A DNA stretch of 64,000 nucleotides. Source: Bdellovibrio sp. (GTDB lineage: Bacteria > Bdellovibrionota > Bdellovibrionia > Bdellovibrionales > Bdellovibrionaceae). The stretch spans positions 1,536,001 through 1,600,000 of the forward strand of contig JAKFCY010000002.1 of assembly GCA_036676395.1 (NCBI GenBank), given 5' to 3'. A program made the position numbers and the translations under genes. Every line of letters begins with the position of its first letter. Position 1 is the stretch's first letter. Below are positions 1 to 11,081 of the stretch, in pieces. The notes below the pieces were generated by a model. That model was not told the origin of the DNA. It worked only from the letters and a program-made list of their open reading frames with translations, and did no database searches.

Positions 1-399
1 AAAGAGCAAATTAAAGCTGATGTAGAAAAAATCATGTCTATCGTTGAATTATCAGGATTAGAATTACGCAAATCTAGCGAACTATCCGGCGGCCAACAGC
101 AGCGCGTAGCTTTAGCGCGCGGTTTGGTGATGCGCCCACGTATTTTATTATTAGATGAACCACTTTCAAATCTAGATGCAAAACTGCGCGAAAAAATGCG
201 CAAAGATATTCGCAAAATTCAGCAGGATTTAAAATTGACAATGGTTTATGTGACTCATGATCAGAAAGAAGCTTTTCAAATGAGTGATAAAGTCGTCGTC
301 ATGAATCATGGCAAAATTGAACAGATCGGCGCCCCCTCAGAGATCCAGAAAAACCCGGTCTCTGAATTTGTCGCCGATTTTATTAAATCAGGCGAATAG
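1..399 (+). CDS. ABC transporter ATP-binding subunit (PotA/FbpC/MalK-like), 5'-truncated by window edge
   Basis: LSGGQQQRVALAR signature, LLLDEPLSNLD Walker B, YVTHDQ H-loop; frame open from base 1. Confidence 0.9.
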   Translation, partial: KEQIKADVEKIMSIVELSGLELRKSSELSGGQQQRVALARGLVMRPRILLLDEPLSNLDAKLREKMRKDIRKIQQDLKLTMVYVTHDQKEAFQMSDKVVVMNHGKIEQIGAPSEIQKNPVSEFVADFIKSGE

Positions 400-400
400 C

Positions 401-829
401 TTATTCGCCGCACTTAACTTTGTCTTCGTCGCACTCAAAACCATAACGAATAACTTCACTGCACTTTTGCATCACTTCAGCTTTGGCCTGCGTCATTGAT
501 TTTTGAGTCGAGCTAAAAAGCCCTTTGCTATTAGTCTTGATGAAACACGTCGTTTTTTTAACGTTATCATTTTCTTTTTTAAGAGCGCCGTTTTCGGCTT
601 CAAGTTCAAAAACTTGCTCTTGCAATTGACGAACAGCTTTTTCTAAACGGTAGATACGTTTTTCAAACTCACGATTTGATGATTTTTTAGATTCAGACCC
701 AAGATCAATATAAACAATTTTTTCGCCTTTATAGCGACCTTTTTGCACTTCAACATAATCATCAGCGTTTGTGCTATGGGCGATAAATGATGACATAACA
801 GCAACTGAACAAACGATTTTTTTAAACAT
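401..829 (-). CDS. Secreted hypothetical protein with coiled coil and Cys-containing C-terminal domain
   Basis: ATG at 829 with GGAG RBS; signal peptide MFKKIVCSVAVMSSFIAHSTNA; heptad-like LEKAVRQLQEQVFELE. Confidence 0.65.
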   Translation of the reverse strand: MFKKIVCSVAVMSSFIAHSTNADDYVEVQKGRYKGEKIVYIDLGSESKKSSNREFEKRIYRLEKAVRQLQEQVFELEAENGALKKENDNVKKTTCFIKTNSKGLFSSTQKSMTQAKAEVMQKCSEVIRYGFECDEDKVKCGE

Positions 830-858
830 GGTTATTTCTCCTACTAAATTTAATCTAT

Positions 859-1521
859 TTACTGACAAGAAACTTGAGACGACTGAACGGCTGCAGCTAA
901 ATCAAAGTGCTTTAGCCAAACTTTAAAAAATTCGCTCGGCGTATCAGACACACCATGATTTGCGACTGAATCGATTTTAGGAGCTGATACTCCGCAAGAC
1001 TGAATTTCTTTAAATAGCGAAATATCATTAACGATATTAATACTTAATCCATGTAACGTAATACCATTTTTAATTTGCAAACCACAGAACGCAATTTTTC
1101 CAAGGTCTGTATAAACGCCAGGTTGGTCACATAAATCAATCGTCGAATTGATCTTTAATTCATTCAAAGTTTTTTGTGTGGCTTCAAATAATGATTGCAC
1201 AAAACCTTTAACCGAAATTCTGTGCTGTTTCAAATCAACAATTGGATAGATCACTAACTGGCCAGGATTATGAATCGTAGCAAGACCCCCACGTGAGATT
1301 TTATGTACAGGATACATCCATGGCTTTACGCAAAAGCTATTCACATCAGCTTTGTGAGCGCGTAATCCCAAGGTCATCACCGTTGGATGTTCTAAACCAA
1401 GAATGTAAGATTTTTTATCTGTAGCTACTTTCGCATGATATTGATATTGCAACTCTAAGGCTTTATCAAAATCGACTAATCCTAAATACTGTGATTCGAC
1501 ACTATTGGAAAACTTCAACAC
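859..1521 (-). CDS. lipB: Lipoyl(octanoyl) transferase LipB
   Basis: LEHPTVMTLG, RGGLATIHNPGQLVIYPI, KIAFCG, HGLSIN, SCG motifs; probable GTG start at 1521 after AAGGA. Confidence 0.88.
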   Translation of the reverse strand: MLKFSNSVESQYLGLVDFDKALELQYQYHAKVATDKKSYILGLEHPTVMTLGLRAHKADVNSFCVKPWMYPVHKISRGGLATIHNPGQLVIYPIVDLKQHRISVKGFVQSLFEATQKTLNELKINSTIDLCDQPGVYTDLGKIAFCGLQIKNGITLHGLSINIVNDISLFKEIQSCGVSAPKIDSVANHGVSDTPSEFFKVWLKHFDLAAAVQSSQVSCQ

Positions 1522-2473
1522 GATCGCTTTCCTTAAAACCTGCGCCGGAGTGAATGACACCGACAGCACCATCATTACCAAAATAGCTGATAATTTCTAA
1601 AGTGCCTTTGGCGCGGCCTTGAACTTTTCCTAAATTATAGCCAGCTTCAGGGTCAAAAATTTCAGAAGAATCTTCAACCACTTTTAATAAGTCACCGACT
1701 TGTACACCAGAAATACGCCCGACATTTAAATAAATTTTATCACCGCGAATAGCCGCAATTCGGCCTTCCCAGGTTACATCATCCATGGTTTCTTGAATTT
1801 GTTGCGAAAAATCCAGAAATGCATCTTTAATTAAAATTTCTACTAATTCAGGATTTTTCAAAAAGATTTGATCTTCAGCCGCACGCTCGGCCACTCGAGT
1901 GTTTTTTTCTTCAAGGGTCACAGTTTTTACCGTGTGATAAATTTCTTCGCCAGTGCGCACGCTATGAATTCTTAAACGTACCACGACTTCATAACTTGCA
2001 TCTAAATTTCTGACTAAACCGATTTGTTCAGCTTTTTTCTTTAAACGCACATCGATGATTTGGCCTTCGATAATCGAACTGATTCCCGATTTTTGCGAAT
2101 CCTGAGCTAAACGTTTTAAATCATATTCATCATTTTTAATATAATTTTCAGGATTAACTGTAAGCTGATCTGAATCCATCACGATAAACTTTTCGCTTAA
2201 ATTTAAATCATTAATAAATGCAATGCGCGCATTTATACGGGCAACTTCTGGGCGTTTAAGAGTGTCTTTATCCAAGAACGGCAAAACCACCAGGCGTTTT
2301 TTCATCGACTTATCCTGAGAGTTCGTTCGATAGTCGACATCTTTAATTTTTCGACGAATGGCTACGGGCTCATTAATTTTTGTCTCTCCAGTGGCTGGCG
2401 CAAACGCGGCACAACCCGAAAGTATGACCGTAAAACTTAAGGCACTTAAAATAAAAAAATTTAATGTTTTCAT
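1502..2473 (-). CDS. Lipoprotein, CsgG/FlgT-like fold
   Basis: Lipobox LSGC; RLVVLPF N-domain; C-terminal IYLNVGRISGVQVGD resembles FlgT C-domain. Confidence 0.55.
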   Translation of the reverse strand: MKTLNFFILSALSFTVILSGCAAFAPATGETKINEPVAIRRKIKDVDYRTNSQDKSMKKRLVVLPFLDKDTLKRPEVARINARIAFINDLNLSEKFIVMDSDQLTVNPENYIKNDEYDLKRLAQDSQKSGISSIIEGQIIDVRLKKKAEQIGLVRNLDASYEVVVRLRIHSVRTGEEIYHTVKTVTLEEKNTRVAERAAEDQIFLKNPELVEILIKDAFLDFSQQIQETMDDVTWEGRIAAIRGDKIYLNVGRISGVQVGDLLKVVEDSSEIFDPEAGYNLGKVQGRAKGTLEIISYFGNDGAVGVIHSGAGFKESDRVEVFQ

Positions 2474-2496
2474 AGTGCTTATATCTTACCTTAAAA

Positions 2497-5400
2497 TTAG
2501 ATTTCGATAAAGTCCGTGCGACCAAAAACCTGATGAACTTCTTCAAAAAATGCATCCGAGATCTGTATGCGTTTAGGCGATTCTGTCTGCATCTCTACCG
2601 TCTTTTCATTTAGACTTAAGACTAGCCGAACATTTGTTTCGCCCTGAAAAGTATCAAGAATTGTATCTAGCTTTTCAAAATCGCTCGTCTCTAATTTATC
2701 TAATCTAAACGACACGCGTTTAGTTTTTTTCATAATTTCGTCAAATGGCGCAATATTATCGACGATAATTTTTGCCGAACCTTCATTGATTTCTAACCCT
2801 CCACCAATAAGAAGTGGTCGTTCATCTTTTAAAAAGCTTCCGCATTTTTCAAAAGTATCCGGAAAAATAACTAACTCTGCTGTTCCCGTTAAATCTTCAA
2901 GTTTTGCAAAAGCCATGCGCGTGCCTTTTTTAGTGATCATCTCGCGATTCTCAATAATCAGACCGGCAACGATAACACGTTTTTTAGAGTCTTTTTGAAA
3001 GCGGTTCCATTTGCCACTTTCTTTTTTTGCAGCCTCCGCAGCTTTTTCTTCAGGAGTCATATCATGTTTATGAAGGTCAACGATTTCGCAAGTCGTCCAA
3101 ACTTTGGCTAATTTTTCAAAACCACGAAGAGGATGATCACTTAAGTAAAATCCTAAAACTTCTTTTTCATAGGCTAAAGATTGGGTGCGCGACCACTGTT
3201 TAGTGTCTTCAAGTTTGATAGCTTGTTTTTCGCCGCCCATATCAAAAAGACTGACTTGGCCGACATCTTTATCTTTTTGTGCGCCAATCGCGTAATCTAA
3301 GAATTTAGAATAGCCCGTGAACAGCTGAGCACGATGCACGCCAAAACCTTCGAAAGCTCCGGCCTTAGTCATGCACTCAATCACTTTTTTATTCACTCTG
3401 CGTAAATCAACGTTTTCAAAAAAATCATCAAGGCTTGCAAATTTTTTATCTGGCTGACGGTCACGAGCTTCAATAATCGCTTCAACAGCGGCAGAGCCCA
3501 CACCTTTAATACCACCAAGACCGAAATAAATAACTTCGCCTTTTACCGAGAATAAATAATCAGAAAAATTCACATGCGGAGGTCTAACTTCTAATCCGCG
3601 TTTTTGCGCATCTTTTACATATTTAACAACTTTATCAGTATCACCGACTTCGGTTGATAAGAGGGCTGCGAAAAATTCTGCCGGGTAATGATGTTTTACC
3701 CAGGCAGTTTGTGCCGTAATTACAGAATAAGCTGCCGCATGCGATTTATTAAAACCGTAATCGGCAAACTTATACATTAATTCGAAAAGCTCTTCAGATT
3801 TTTGCTTATCGTGACCTTTTTCCAACGCCCCTTTCATGAAACGTTGGCGATGTTGATCCATTTCTTCTTTGATCTTTTTACCCATCGCACGACGAAGCAT
3901 ATCGGCTTCACCAAGAGAGTATCCGGCAATAATCGAAGCAATACCCATAACTTGCTCTTGGTAAACCATGATACCATAGGTTTCTTCCAAGACTTGTTTG
4001 GTTTCAGGTAATAGGTATTCTACCGGTGTTTCACCGTGTTTACGCTTGGTAAACTCTGGAATATTCGCCATCGGACCTGGGCGGTACAGTGACGTGATCG
4101 CGGTAATATCAGCAAAGCTTGTAGGCTTAATTTTTCTGGTGGCGTCGGTAATACCTTCGCCCTCGAACTGAAACACCCCGGCTGTATCACCGCGTGATAA
4201 TAATTCATAAATTTTAGGATCGTTGATCGGAATATTTTTTTCTAAAACATCCAGACAACGATTTTGTTTAACTAATTTTAAAGCATGATGAATATGAGTT
4301 AAAGTTTTAAGACCCAAGAAGTCGAATTTAATTAATCCGATTTTCTCAGCATGCTTCATATCATACTGAACAACGTTTTCATCATCTGCGCCTTTATACA
4401 TTGGCGCATGTTTTACTAAACTGCCATCGGCGATAATAACACCCGCAGCATGAATGCCGGCATGGCGAACTAAACCCTCTACACGAAGAGCAAGTTCAAC
4501 TAATGTTTGTACAGTAGGATTAGACTCCATCGCCTCACGAATACGAGGCTCTGCCGCTAATGAATCTGTTAAATTAATCCCTAACTTATCAGGAATTAAT
4601 TTTGAAACCACGTCCACTTCAGGAAAAGTCATACCCAATACGCGGCCCACATCTTTTAGAGCTGCGCGAGTTTGTAATTTTCCGTAAGTGATAATTTGTG
4701 AAACTGAAGCAGAACCATACTTTTCAGTCACATACTGAATAACTTCCTGACGGCGATCCTGACAGAAGTCGATATCGAAATCGGGCATCGAAATACGCTC
4801 TGGATTTAAAAAACGCTCAAACAGTAGAAAATTTGGAATCGGATCAAGATCAGTAATACGCAAACTGTAAGCGACTAGTGAACCAGCTCCCGATCCACGG
4901 CCTGGGCCTACGGGAATATCGCGATTTTTTGCCCAGTTAATGAAATCCATAACGATCAAAAAATAACCGTTAAATCCCATGCGATCGATAATATTTAATT
5001 CAAAAGTTAAACGGTTAAAGTAATCTGGTTTTTTTTCTTCAGGAACTTCCTGGCCCACGGCTTTAAGTTCTTCGAAGCGTACTTTTAAACCTTCGGTTGC
5101 ATGATGCAGAATCTCTTCTTTAACTGTACGACCTTCAGATGTCGGAAAGCTTGGTAAATGGTAAATCGCTTTTCCGTTTTCATCTTTAAGTTTAAATTTA
5201 ACATTACAACGATCAGCAATAACTTGCGTGTTCGTTATAGCCTCTGGCAAATCTGAAAAAAGCTTCGTCATGCTTTCAGTTGATTTAAAATAAAATTCAG
5301 AACTTCCTAGTTTGTATCTAGATTCGTCGGCTAAAGTTTTATTCGAACCGATACAGACTAATACTTCTTGCGCGATTTGATCGTCTTGCGTGATGTAATG

Positions 5401-6045
5401 CACATCATTTGATGCAACGATTGGAACATGACAAATCTTTGAAGCTTCTAAAATAAAATTATTAATCGTTTTTTGCGCATCACTGCCTTGCGGAAGTGTA
5501 CGCGACAATTCTAAATAAAAACGATCATCAAAAAGTTCTTTTAATTTTCTAACTTTGGCTAACGCCGCTTCTGGTCCTTCTTTTAAAAGTGTACCAATGA
5601 CTTCACCACGCGTTGTTCCGCTCAAACAGATTAAATCTTTCGAGTACTCTTTTAAAACGTCGTAATCAATTCTTGGCTTCCAGTAAAAACCCTCTTGGTA
5701 ACCCACCGATGAAAGCTTACAAAGATTTTGATAGCCTTCTAGGTTTTGTGCCAGAAGCACTAAACGCTGTGGTCCTAAAGTAATCTCAGAATATTTTTGA
5801 TTGGGATCTTGTTTTTTATCTAAACGTGAACCTGGAGCCACATAGGCTTCAAGACCAATCAATGGTTTTACACCTTTATCTTGGCAGGCAAAATAAAACT
5901 CAATCGCTCCGAACATGTTTCCATAATCAGTCAAAGCTACGGCAGGTTGTTGGTAATCGGCCGCTTTTTTAGCGATCGCCTTGACCCGACACGAAGCCTC
6001 TAAAAGGGAGTACTCAGAATGAACATGTAAGTGCGAAAATGACAT
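2497..6045 (-). CDS. dnaE: DNA polymerase III alpha subunit
   Basis: HLHVHSEYSLL PHP start, GRGSGAGSLVAY, RISMPDFDIDF, KFDFLGLKTL, YGFNKSHAAAY; 1182 aa. Confidence 0.99.
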   Translation of the reverse strand: MSFSHLHVHSEYSLLEASCRVKAIAKKAADYQQPAVALTDYGNMFGAIEFYFACQDKGVKPLIGLEAYVAPGSRLDKKQDPNQKYSEITLGPQRLVLLAQNLEGYQNLCKLSSVGYQEGFYWKPRIDYDVLKEYSKDLICLSGTTRGEVIGTLLKEGPEAALAKVRKLKELFDDRFYLELSRTLPQGSDAQKTINNFILEASKICHVPIVASNDVHYITQDDQIAQEVLVCIGSNKTLADESRYKLGSSEFYFKSTESMTKLFSDLPEAITNTQVIADRCNVKFKLKDENGKAIYHLPSFPTSEGRTVKEEILHHATEGLKVRFEELKAVGQEVPEEKKPDYFNRLTFELNIIDRMGFNGYFLIVMDFINWAKNRDIPVGPGRGSGAGSLVAYSLRITDLDPIPNFLLFERFLNPERISMPDFDIDFCQDRRQEVIQYVTEKYGSASVSQIITYGKLQTRAALKDVGRVLGMTFPEVDVVSKLIPDKLGINLTDSLAAEPRIREAMESNPTVQTLVELALRVEGLVRHAGIHAAGVIIADGSLVKHAPMYKGADDENVVQYDMKHAEKIGLIKFDFLGLKTLTHIHHALKLVKQNRCLDVLEKNIPINDPKIYELLSRGDTAGVFQFEGEGITDATRKIKPTSFADITAITSLYRPGPMANIPEFTKRKHGETPVEYLLPETKQVLEETYGIMVYQEQVMGIASIIAGYSLGEADMLRRAMGKKIKEEMDQHRQRFMKGALEKGHDKQKSEELFELMYKFADYGFNKSHAAAYSVITAQTAWVKHHYPAEFFAALLSTEVGDTDKVVKYVKDAQKRGLEVRPPHVNFSDYLFSVKGEVIYFGLGGIKGVGSAAVEAIIEARDRQPDKKFASLDDFFENVDLRRVNKKVIECMTKAGAFEGFGVHRAQLFTGYSKFLDYAIGAQKDKDVGQVSLFDMGGEKQAIKLEDTKQWSRTQSLAYEKEVLGFYLSDHPLRGFEKLAKVWTTCEIVDLHKHDMTPEEKAAEAAKKESGKWNRFQKDSKKRVIVAGLIIENREMITKKGTRMAFAKLEDLTGTAELVIFPDTFEKCGSFLKDERPLLIGGGLEINEGSAKIIVDNIAPFDEIMKKTKRVSFRLDKLETSDFEKLDTILDTFQGETNVRLVLSLNEKTVEMQTESPKRIQISDAFFEEVHQVFGRTDFIEI

Positions 6046-6167
6046 TTCTTAACTATACTTTTTGAAGAGTTATGTTTCAAAACAACTGTGAGTAGCGCAG
6101 TGTATAAACTGCGATTAAAGTTTCAGCACTATTTGCAGCAAATCAGACTATGTTTTACGCTCTTAGA

Positions 6168-7178
6168 ATGAAAATATACTCAGATATCACACAAACGATT
6201 GGCGCTACTCCGTTAGTTAAACTTCAAAGACTGAACAAAGGCTTAAAAGCTGAACTTTTATTAAAGTTAGAATTTTTTAATCCCCTAGGATCTGTTAAAG
6301 ACCGTATTGGTCTGAACATGATTTCTGAAGCCGAAAAATCTGGAGATCTAAAACCAGGCATGACCGTTATCGAACCCACGAGCGGTAATACCGGGATTGC
6401 CTTAGCTTTTGTGTGTGCAGCTAAGGGTTATGCGCTGACTCTGGTTATGCCAGAAACGATGTCACAAGAACGTAGAACGTTGTTACTTTTATTAGGTGCT
6501 AATCTTATATTAACTCCAGGGCCGCTCGGGATGCGCGGGGCTATTGCTAAAGCCCTGGAAATTTCTGACACCGATAAATCAAAAAAATATTTTTTACCGC
6601 GCCAATTTGAAAATCCGGCAAATCCCGCAGCTCACGAAAAAACCACAGCCCTTGAAATCTGGAACGACACTGACGGAAAAGTCGATATCGTAGTTTCTGG
6701 TGTTGGCACAGGCGGAACAATTACCGGTGTGGGAAAAGTTCTTAAACAGAAAAATTCTAAAATTCAAATGGTCGCAGTTGAACCCACTGAAAGCCCTGTC
6801 TTAAGTGGTGGCAAACCATCGCCGCACAAAATTCAAGGCATTGGTGCTGGATTTATTCCGGTGATACTTGATAGAAAAATTATTGATCGTATCGAACAAA
6901 TTTCAAGTGAAGACTCGTTAGCCATGGCCCGTAGAGTGATTAAAGAAGAAGGCATTCCCGTTGGAATCAGCTCTGGAGCAGCGATCGCGGCAGGATTAAA
7001 ACTTGCGGCCTTAGATGAAAACCAAGGTAAGAATATCGTTGTTATCGTTCCGAGCTACTCTGAAAGATATTTATCAACACTTCTTGCAGAAACAGAACGC
7101 ACGCAAGCGCAAAGCTTAACAACATCAACTGTAAGTGAAGAGTATTTAAAAAAAGTGGCTGTTCAAGAAGGGATCTAG
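6168..7178 (+). CDS. cysK: Cysteine synthase A
   Basis: [13 protein letters not shown] lysine, [35 protein letters not shown]. Confidence 0.96.
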   Translation: MKIYSDITQTIGATPLVKLQRLNKGLKAELLLKLEFFNPLGSVKDRIGLNMISEAEKSGDLKPGMTVIEPTSGNTGIALAFVCAAKGYALTLVMPETMSQERRTLLLLLGANLILTPGPLGMRGAIAKALEISDTDKSKKYFLPRQFENPANPAAHEKTTALEIWNDTDGKVDIVVSGVGTGGTITGVGKVLKQKNSKIQMVAVEPTESPVLSGGKPSPHKIQGIGAGFIPVILDRKIIDRIEQISSEDSLAMARRVIKEEGIPVGISSGAAIAAGLKLAALDENQGKNIVVIVPSYSERYLSTLLAETERTQAQSLTTSTVSEEYLKKVAVQEGI

Positions 7179-7534
7179 CGAGGTATATAAACTTGCGCCA
7201 AAACATGGGCCACGTTAATGACCAAACAAAGACCAAAAAACAGCAGCATTTGCGGGTTGTTTAGCTTAATTTTAAACATGATGCGCATTAAAAAAGTGCG
7301 CATGATAAAATCGAATAACCCATACATCACTCCTTGCGAAAATCTGAAGCCAAAGTCATTTGTGATTGGCGGTGGCATGACCAGTTTAAAAACAAGAATA
7401 TTGGCCATTATGGCAGTCAGGGTTGTAACTAGCGCCCAAATCTTTAATGATCGCTTCCACTCAATATCTAAGATGCGCTTAAATAAAACCGCATCAATGA
7501 CAAAAAAAGCGACGAATAAAATTTGGCTTAGCAA
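7175..7534 (-). CDS. Small integral membrane protein (about 4 TM)
   Basis: Hydrophobic segments; TTG directly after guaA stop. Confidence 0.55.
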   Translation of the reverse strand: MLSQILFVAFFVIDAVLFKRILDIEWKRSLKIWALVTTLTAIMANILVFKLVMPPPITNDFGFRFSQGVMYGLFDFIMRTFLMRIMFKIKLNNPQMLLFFGLCLVINVAHVLAQVYIPR

Positions 7535-9073
7535 TTATTCCCACTCAATAGTTGCAGGCGGTTTTGATGTAATATCATAAACTACGCGGTTAATACCTTT
7601 AACTTTGTTAGTGATTTCATTAGAAACTTTTTTCAAAAATCCTTGCGGAAAATCAAACCAGTCAGCGGTCATTCCATCAATTGATGTCACCGCGCGAAGC
7701 GCAAGTACTGAATCATAAGTTCTGCCATCACCCATTACACCCACTGTTTGCACTGGTAAGATCACGCAGAAGGCCTGCCAGATTTGATCATAGATACCAT
7801 CACGGCGCAGAGCCGAGATATAAACATCATCTGCTTTTTTTAAAATTTCCAATTTTTCTTTAGTCACTTCACCGATCACACGAATGCTTAAGCCCGGCCC
7901 CGGAAAAGGATGGCGGCCGATCATATCTTGCGGAAGACCTAACTCTAAGCCAAGTTTACGGACTTCATCTTTAAATAAATAACGAACCGGTTCTACAAGC
8001 TTAAGATTCATTTTATCCGGCAAACCACCCACATTATGATGCGACTTAATAGTTACGCTGCCACCAACGCTTGAAATACTTTCAATAACGTCAGGATAAA
8101 GAGTACCTTGTGCTAAAAATTTAATTTTACCTTGAGTGTGTTTTAATTCATCTTTGATAACTTCATCAAAGGCTTCGATAAATGTTCTACCGATGGCTTT
8201 ACGTTTTTTCTCAGGATCAGAAAGACCTGTTAACGCAGATAAAAATTCTTTTTCTTTATCTACGCCGTGAACATTTAAACCAAAATCTTTATACTGAGTT
8301 AAAACTTTTTCGAATTCATTTAACCGAAGCAAGCCGTTATTGATAAATACGCAGTGTACGCGCTCTGCACCTAGTACTTTGGTAAGTAATGTCGCTACAA
8401 CACTAGAATCCACACCACCCGATAAAGCACACAATACATGGTCATCAGGGCCTACAGTTTTTAAAATCATGTCCGTACATTCACTCACTAATGATTTTGC
8501 ATTCCAGTCAGCTTTAACTTTAAAATTTTCTAAAAAGGCCTGAAGAATTTCTTTACCATATTCTGAATGAGAAACTTCAGGATGGTATTGCAAAGCCCAA
8601 TAGCGATCTGAATAAAAACCTGCAATATGATCTTCTGTGGTACACAGCAATTGCGAATCTGAAGGGATTTTTGTAACCACGTCGCCATGGCTCATCCACA
8701 CGTTCACTGTATTTGGAATATTATTAAAAGTTTTTTTCCAAACTACCGGTTTATGGCCGTATTCACGATGTTTTGCCGATTCAACCGCGCCACCCATTTG
8801 ATGCGCTAACAGCTGCATGCCGTAACAAATTCCTAATACCGGAGCGACTTCTAAAACTTCTTTAACATTTTTAGTCGGAGATTCAGATTCATAAACTGAA
8901 AATGGACCGCCACTTAAAATAATCGCGTCAGGTTTGAAATCTCTAATATCTGAAATTTCTGTTTTATAACTTTTAATTTCACAGTAATAACCTAATTCAC
9001 GTAAACGACGAGCAATAAGCATGGTTACTTGTGAGCCGAAATCTAATATCAAAACTTTTGAATGCTGTAACAT
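7535..9073 (-). CDS. guaA: GMP synthase (glutamine-hydrolysing)
   Basis: LGICYGMQ, QYHPEV, ALSGGVDS, IKSHHNVGGLP, RHPFPGPGL, SKPPATIEWE. Confidence 0.99.
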   Translation of the reverse strand: MLQHSKVLILDFGSQVTMLIARRLRELGYYCEIKSYKTEISDIRDFKPDAIILSGGPFSVYESESPTKNVKEVLEVAPVLGICYGMQLLAHQMGGAVESAKHREYGHKPVVWKKTFNNIPNTVNVWMSHGDVVTKIPSDSQLLCTTEDHIAGFYSDRYWALQYHPEVSHSEYGKEILQAFLENFKVKADWNAKSLVSECTDMILKTVGPDDHVLCALSGGVDSSVVATLLTKVLGAERVHCVFINNGLLRLNEFEKVLTQYKDFGLNVHGVDKEKEFLSALTGLSDPEKKRKAIGRTFIEAFDEVIKDELKHTQGKIKFLAQGTLYPDVIESISSVGGSVTIKSHHNVGGLPDKMNLKLVEPVRYLFKDEVRKLGLELGLPQDMIGRHPFPGPGLSIRVIGEVTKEKLEILKKADDVYISALRRDGIYDQIWQAFCVILPVQTVGVMGDGRTYDSVLALRAVTSIDGMTADWFDFPQGFLKKVSNEITNKVKGINRVVYDITSKPPATIEWE

Positions 9074-9082
9074 AATGTAATT

Positions 9083-10546
9083 CTATTCCAATCTGTAATT
9101 CGGAGCTTCTTTTGTAATACTCACGTCGTGCACATGCGATTCTCTTAATCCAGAGCTTGTGATTTGCACGAACTGCGCTTTACTTTGTAATTCTTCGATA
9201 TTGCGAGCGCCGATGTAACCCATTCCTGATTTTAATCCGCCCACTAACTGATGAATGATACCGCTGGCGTTACCTTTATACGGAACTTTTCCTTCGATAC
9301 CTTCGGGTACTAATTTATCTTCGTCATTTGTGTCCATTTGACCGTAGCGATCTTTTGACCCCAGAGCCATGGCGCCAATTGAGCCCATGCCGCGATAAAC
9401 TTTATAAGTGCGGCCTTGGTATAAGACCGTTTCACCCGGAGACTCTTCAGCACCGGCTAATAAATTTCCGATCATCACTGAATTTGCGCCTAACGCTAAA
9501 GCCTTAGTCACATCACCAGAGTATTTAATCCCGCCATCAGCGATAATTGTTTTACCCATTTTTTTAGCGATCGCAGAACATTTCATGACCGCAGAAATTT
9601 GCGGCATACCCACACCAGCAACCACGCGTGTTGTACAAATACTTCCTGGGCCTACACCCACTTTTACAACATCAGCGCCGTGTTCAATCAACATTTTCGT
9701 GGCGTCTTCAGTCACCACGTTACCCGCAACAAGAACTACGTCTTTATATTTGCTGCGAACATACTTTACCATTTCGATCACATTTTTAGAATGGCCATGA
9801 GCTGTATCTACGCAAATCACATCAATATGATTTGCCACAAGGGCATCAATACGATCAGTGCTTCCAACACCAACGCCAACGGCAGCCCCTGTAATTAAGC
9901 GGCCGCGACTGTCTTTTGTTGATTGCGGGAATGCCTCTGATTTTTCGATATCTTTAATGGTAATTAAGCCTTTTAGTTGTCCTTCTTTATTAACAACAGG
10001 CAATTTTTCAATGCGATGTTTTTGTAAGATTTTTTTTGCATCATCTAAAGTTGTGCCTTCAGGCGCCGTCACTAAATTATCTTTAGTCATTATCGCACGA
10101 ATCGGTTGATTAACATTTGTTTCAAATCGCAAATCACGATTTGTCAGAATTCCCACAAGCTTACCTTGTGAAGTGATCGGAACGCCTGAGATTGAATACT
10201 TCGCCATCACTTTTAAGGCTTCATGCACGTAATGATCCGGCGATAGCGTGATTGGATCTTGAATCATACCTGATTCATACTTTTTAACTTTTTCAACTTG
10301 AAAGGCCTGGTCTTCGATCGACATGTTTTTATGGATGATTCCAAGCCCACCGTTTTGCGCCATGATTCTGGCAATGCGATGTTCGGTCACTGTATCCATA
10401 GCTGCCGAAATAACCGGAGCATTAAGAAAAATATCTTTGGCGAAAAAACTTTTTGGAACAACTTCAGTGGGAACCACTTCAGAAAATTGGGGAACTAATA
10501 AAATATCATCGAAAGTTAAAGCAAGATCGAAAGTCTTGATGGACAT
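9083..10546 (-). CDS. guaB: IMP dehydrogenase
   Basis: SAAMDTVTE, DTAHGH, GPGSICTTR, ADGGI, YRGMGS, ESHVHDV; ATG at 10546 with GAGG RBS. Confidence 0.99.
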   Translation of the reverse strand: MSIKTFDLALTFDDILLVPQFSEVVPTEVVPKSFFAKDIFLNAPVISAAMDTVTEHRIARIMAQNGGLGIIHKNMSIEDQAFQVEKVKKYESGMIQDPITLSPDHYVHEALKVMAKYSISGVPITSQGKLVGILTNRDLRFETNVNQPIRAIMTKDNLVTAPEGTTLDDAKKILQKHRIEKLPVVNKEGQLKGLITIKDIEKSEAFPQSTKDSRGRLITGAAVGVGVGSTDRIDALVANHIDVICVDTAHGHSKNVIEMVKYVRSKYKDVVLVAGNVVTEDATKMLIEHGADVVKVGVGPGSICTTRVVAGVGMPQISAVMKCSAIAKKMGKTIIADGGIKYSGDVTKALALGANSVMIGNLLAGAEESPGETVLYQGRTYKVYRGMGSIGAMALGSKDRYGQMDTNDEDKLVPEGIEGKVPYKGNASGIIHQLVGGLKSGMGYIGARNIEELQSKAQFVQITSSGLRESHVHDVSITKEAPNYRLE

Positions 10547-10580
10547 AGTGAGTACCTCTTGTGTTGTACTCAAAAGTGTA

Positions 10581-11081
10581 TCAATACCACGATTTATAGA
10601 GCAAATAATTATCAGCAGACTGGTCGAGGAACTTGATTTCTTCCTCGGTGAGTCGACGTTTAAATACCGCAGGACGACCCACTATTAATGAATAGGGTTC
10701 GAACTTTTTGCCCTCAGTGACTAAACTTCCAGCACCGACCACTGAATGCTCACCGATTTCAGCTCCATCCATAACGATTGAGCCCATACCGATTAAACAT
10801 TTACGGCCAATAGTACAGCCGTGAAGAATCACATTATGGCCGATCGTAACGCGCTCAGCGACTTTGCAGGCAAACTTACCGTAAGTGCCATGCAGAACAG
10901 AACCGTCTTGAATGTTAGTCTCAGCACCAATGGTGATCGGCATCACATCACCACGAATGGTTACATTATACCAAACAGAGGCGTGATTACCTAAAACCAC
11001 ATCGCCGATGATACGCGCGTTGTCAGCGACGAATACATTTTCTCCAACGATTGGTTTTTTGCCGCGGGCTTCGATAATCAT
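10581..11081 (-). CDS. Gamma carbonic anhydrase family hexapeptide-repeat protein (YrdA-like)
   Basis: IIGDV, RGD, TNIQDGSVLH, TIGHNVILHGC. Confidence 0.92.
   Translation of the reverse strand: MIIEARGKKPIVGENVFVADNARIIGDVVLGNHASVWYNVTIRGDVMPITIGAETNIQDGSVLHGTYGKFACKVAERVTIGHNVILHGCTIGRKCLIGMGSIVMDGAEIGEHSVVGAGSLVTEGKKFEPYSLIVGRPAVFKRRLTEEEIKFLDQSADNYLLYKSWY

Noticed and set aside
2497..6045. Intein in dnaE
   Set aside because: Normal length and no intein terminal or LAGLIDADG motifs
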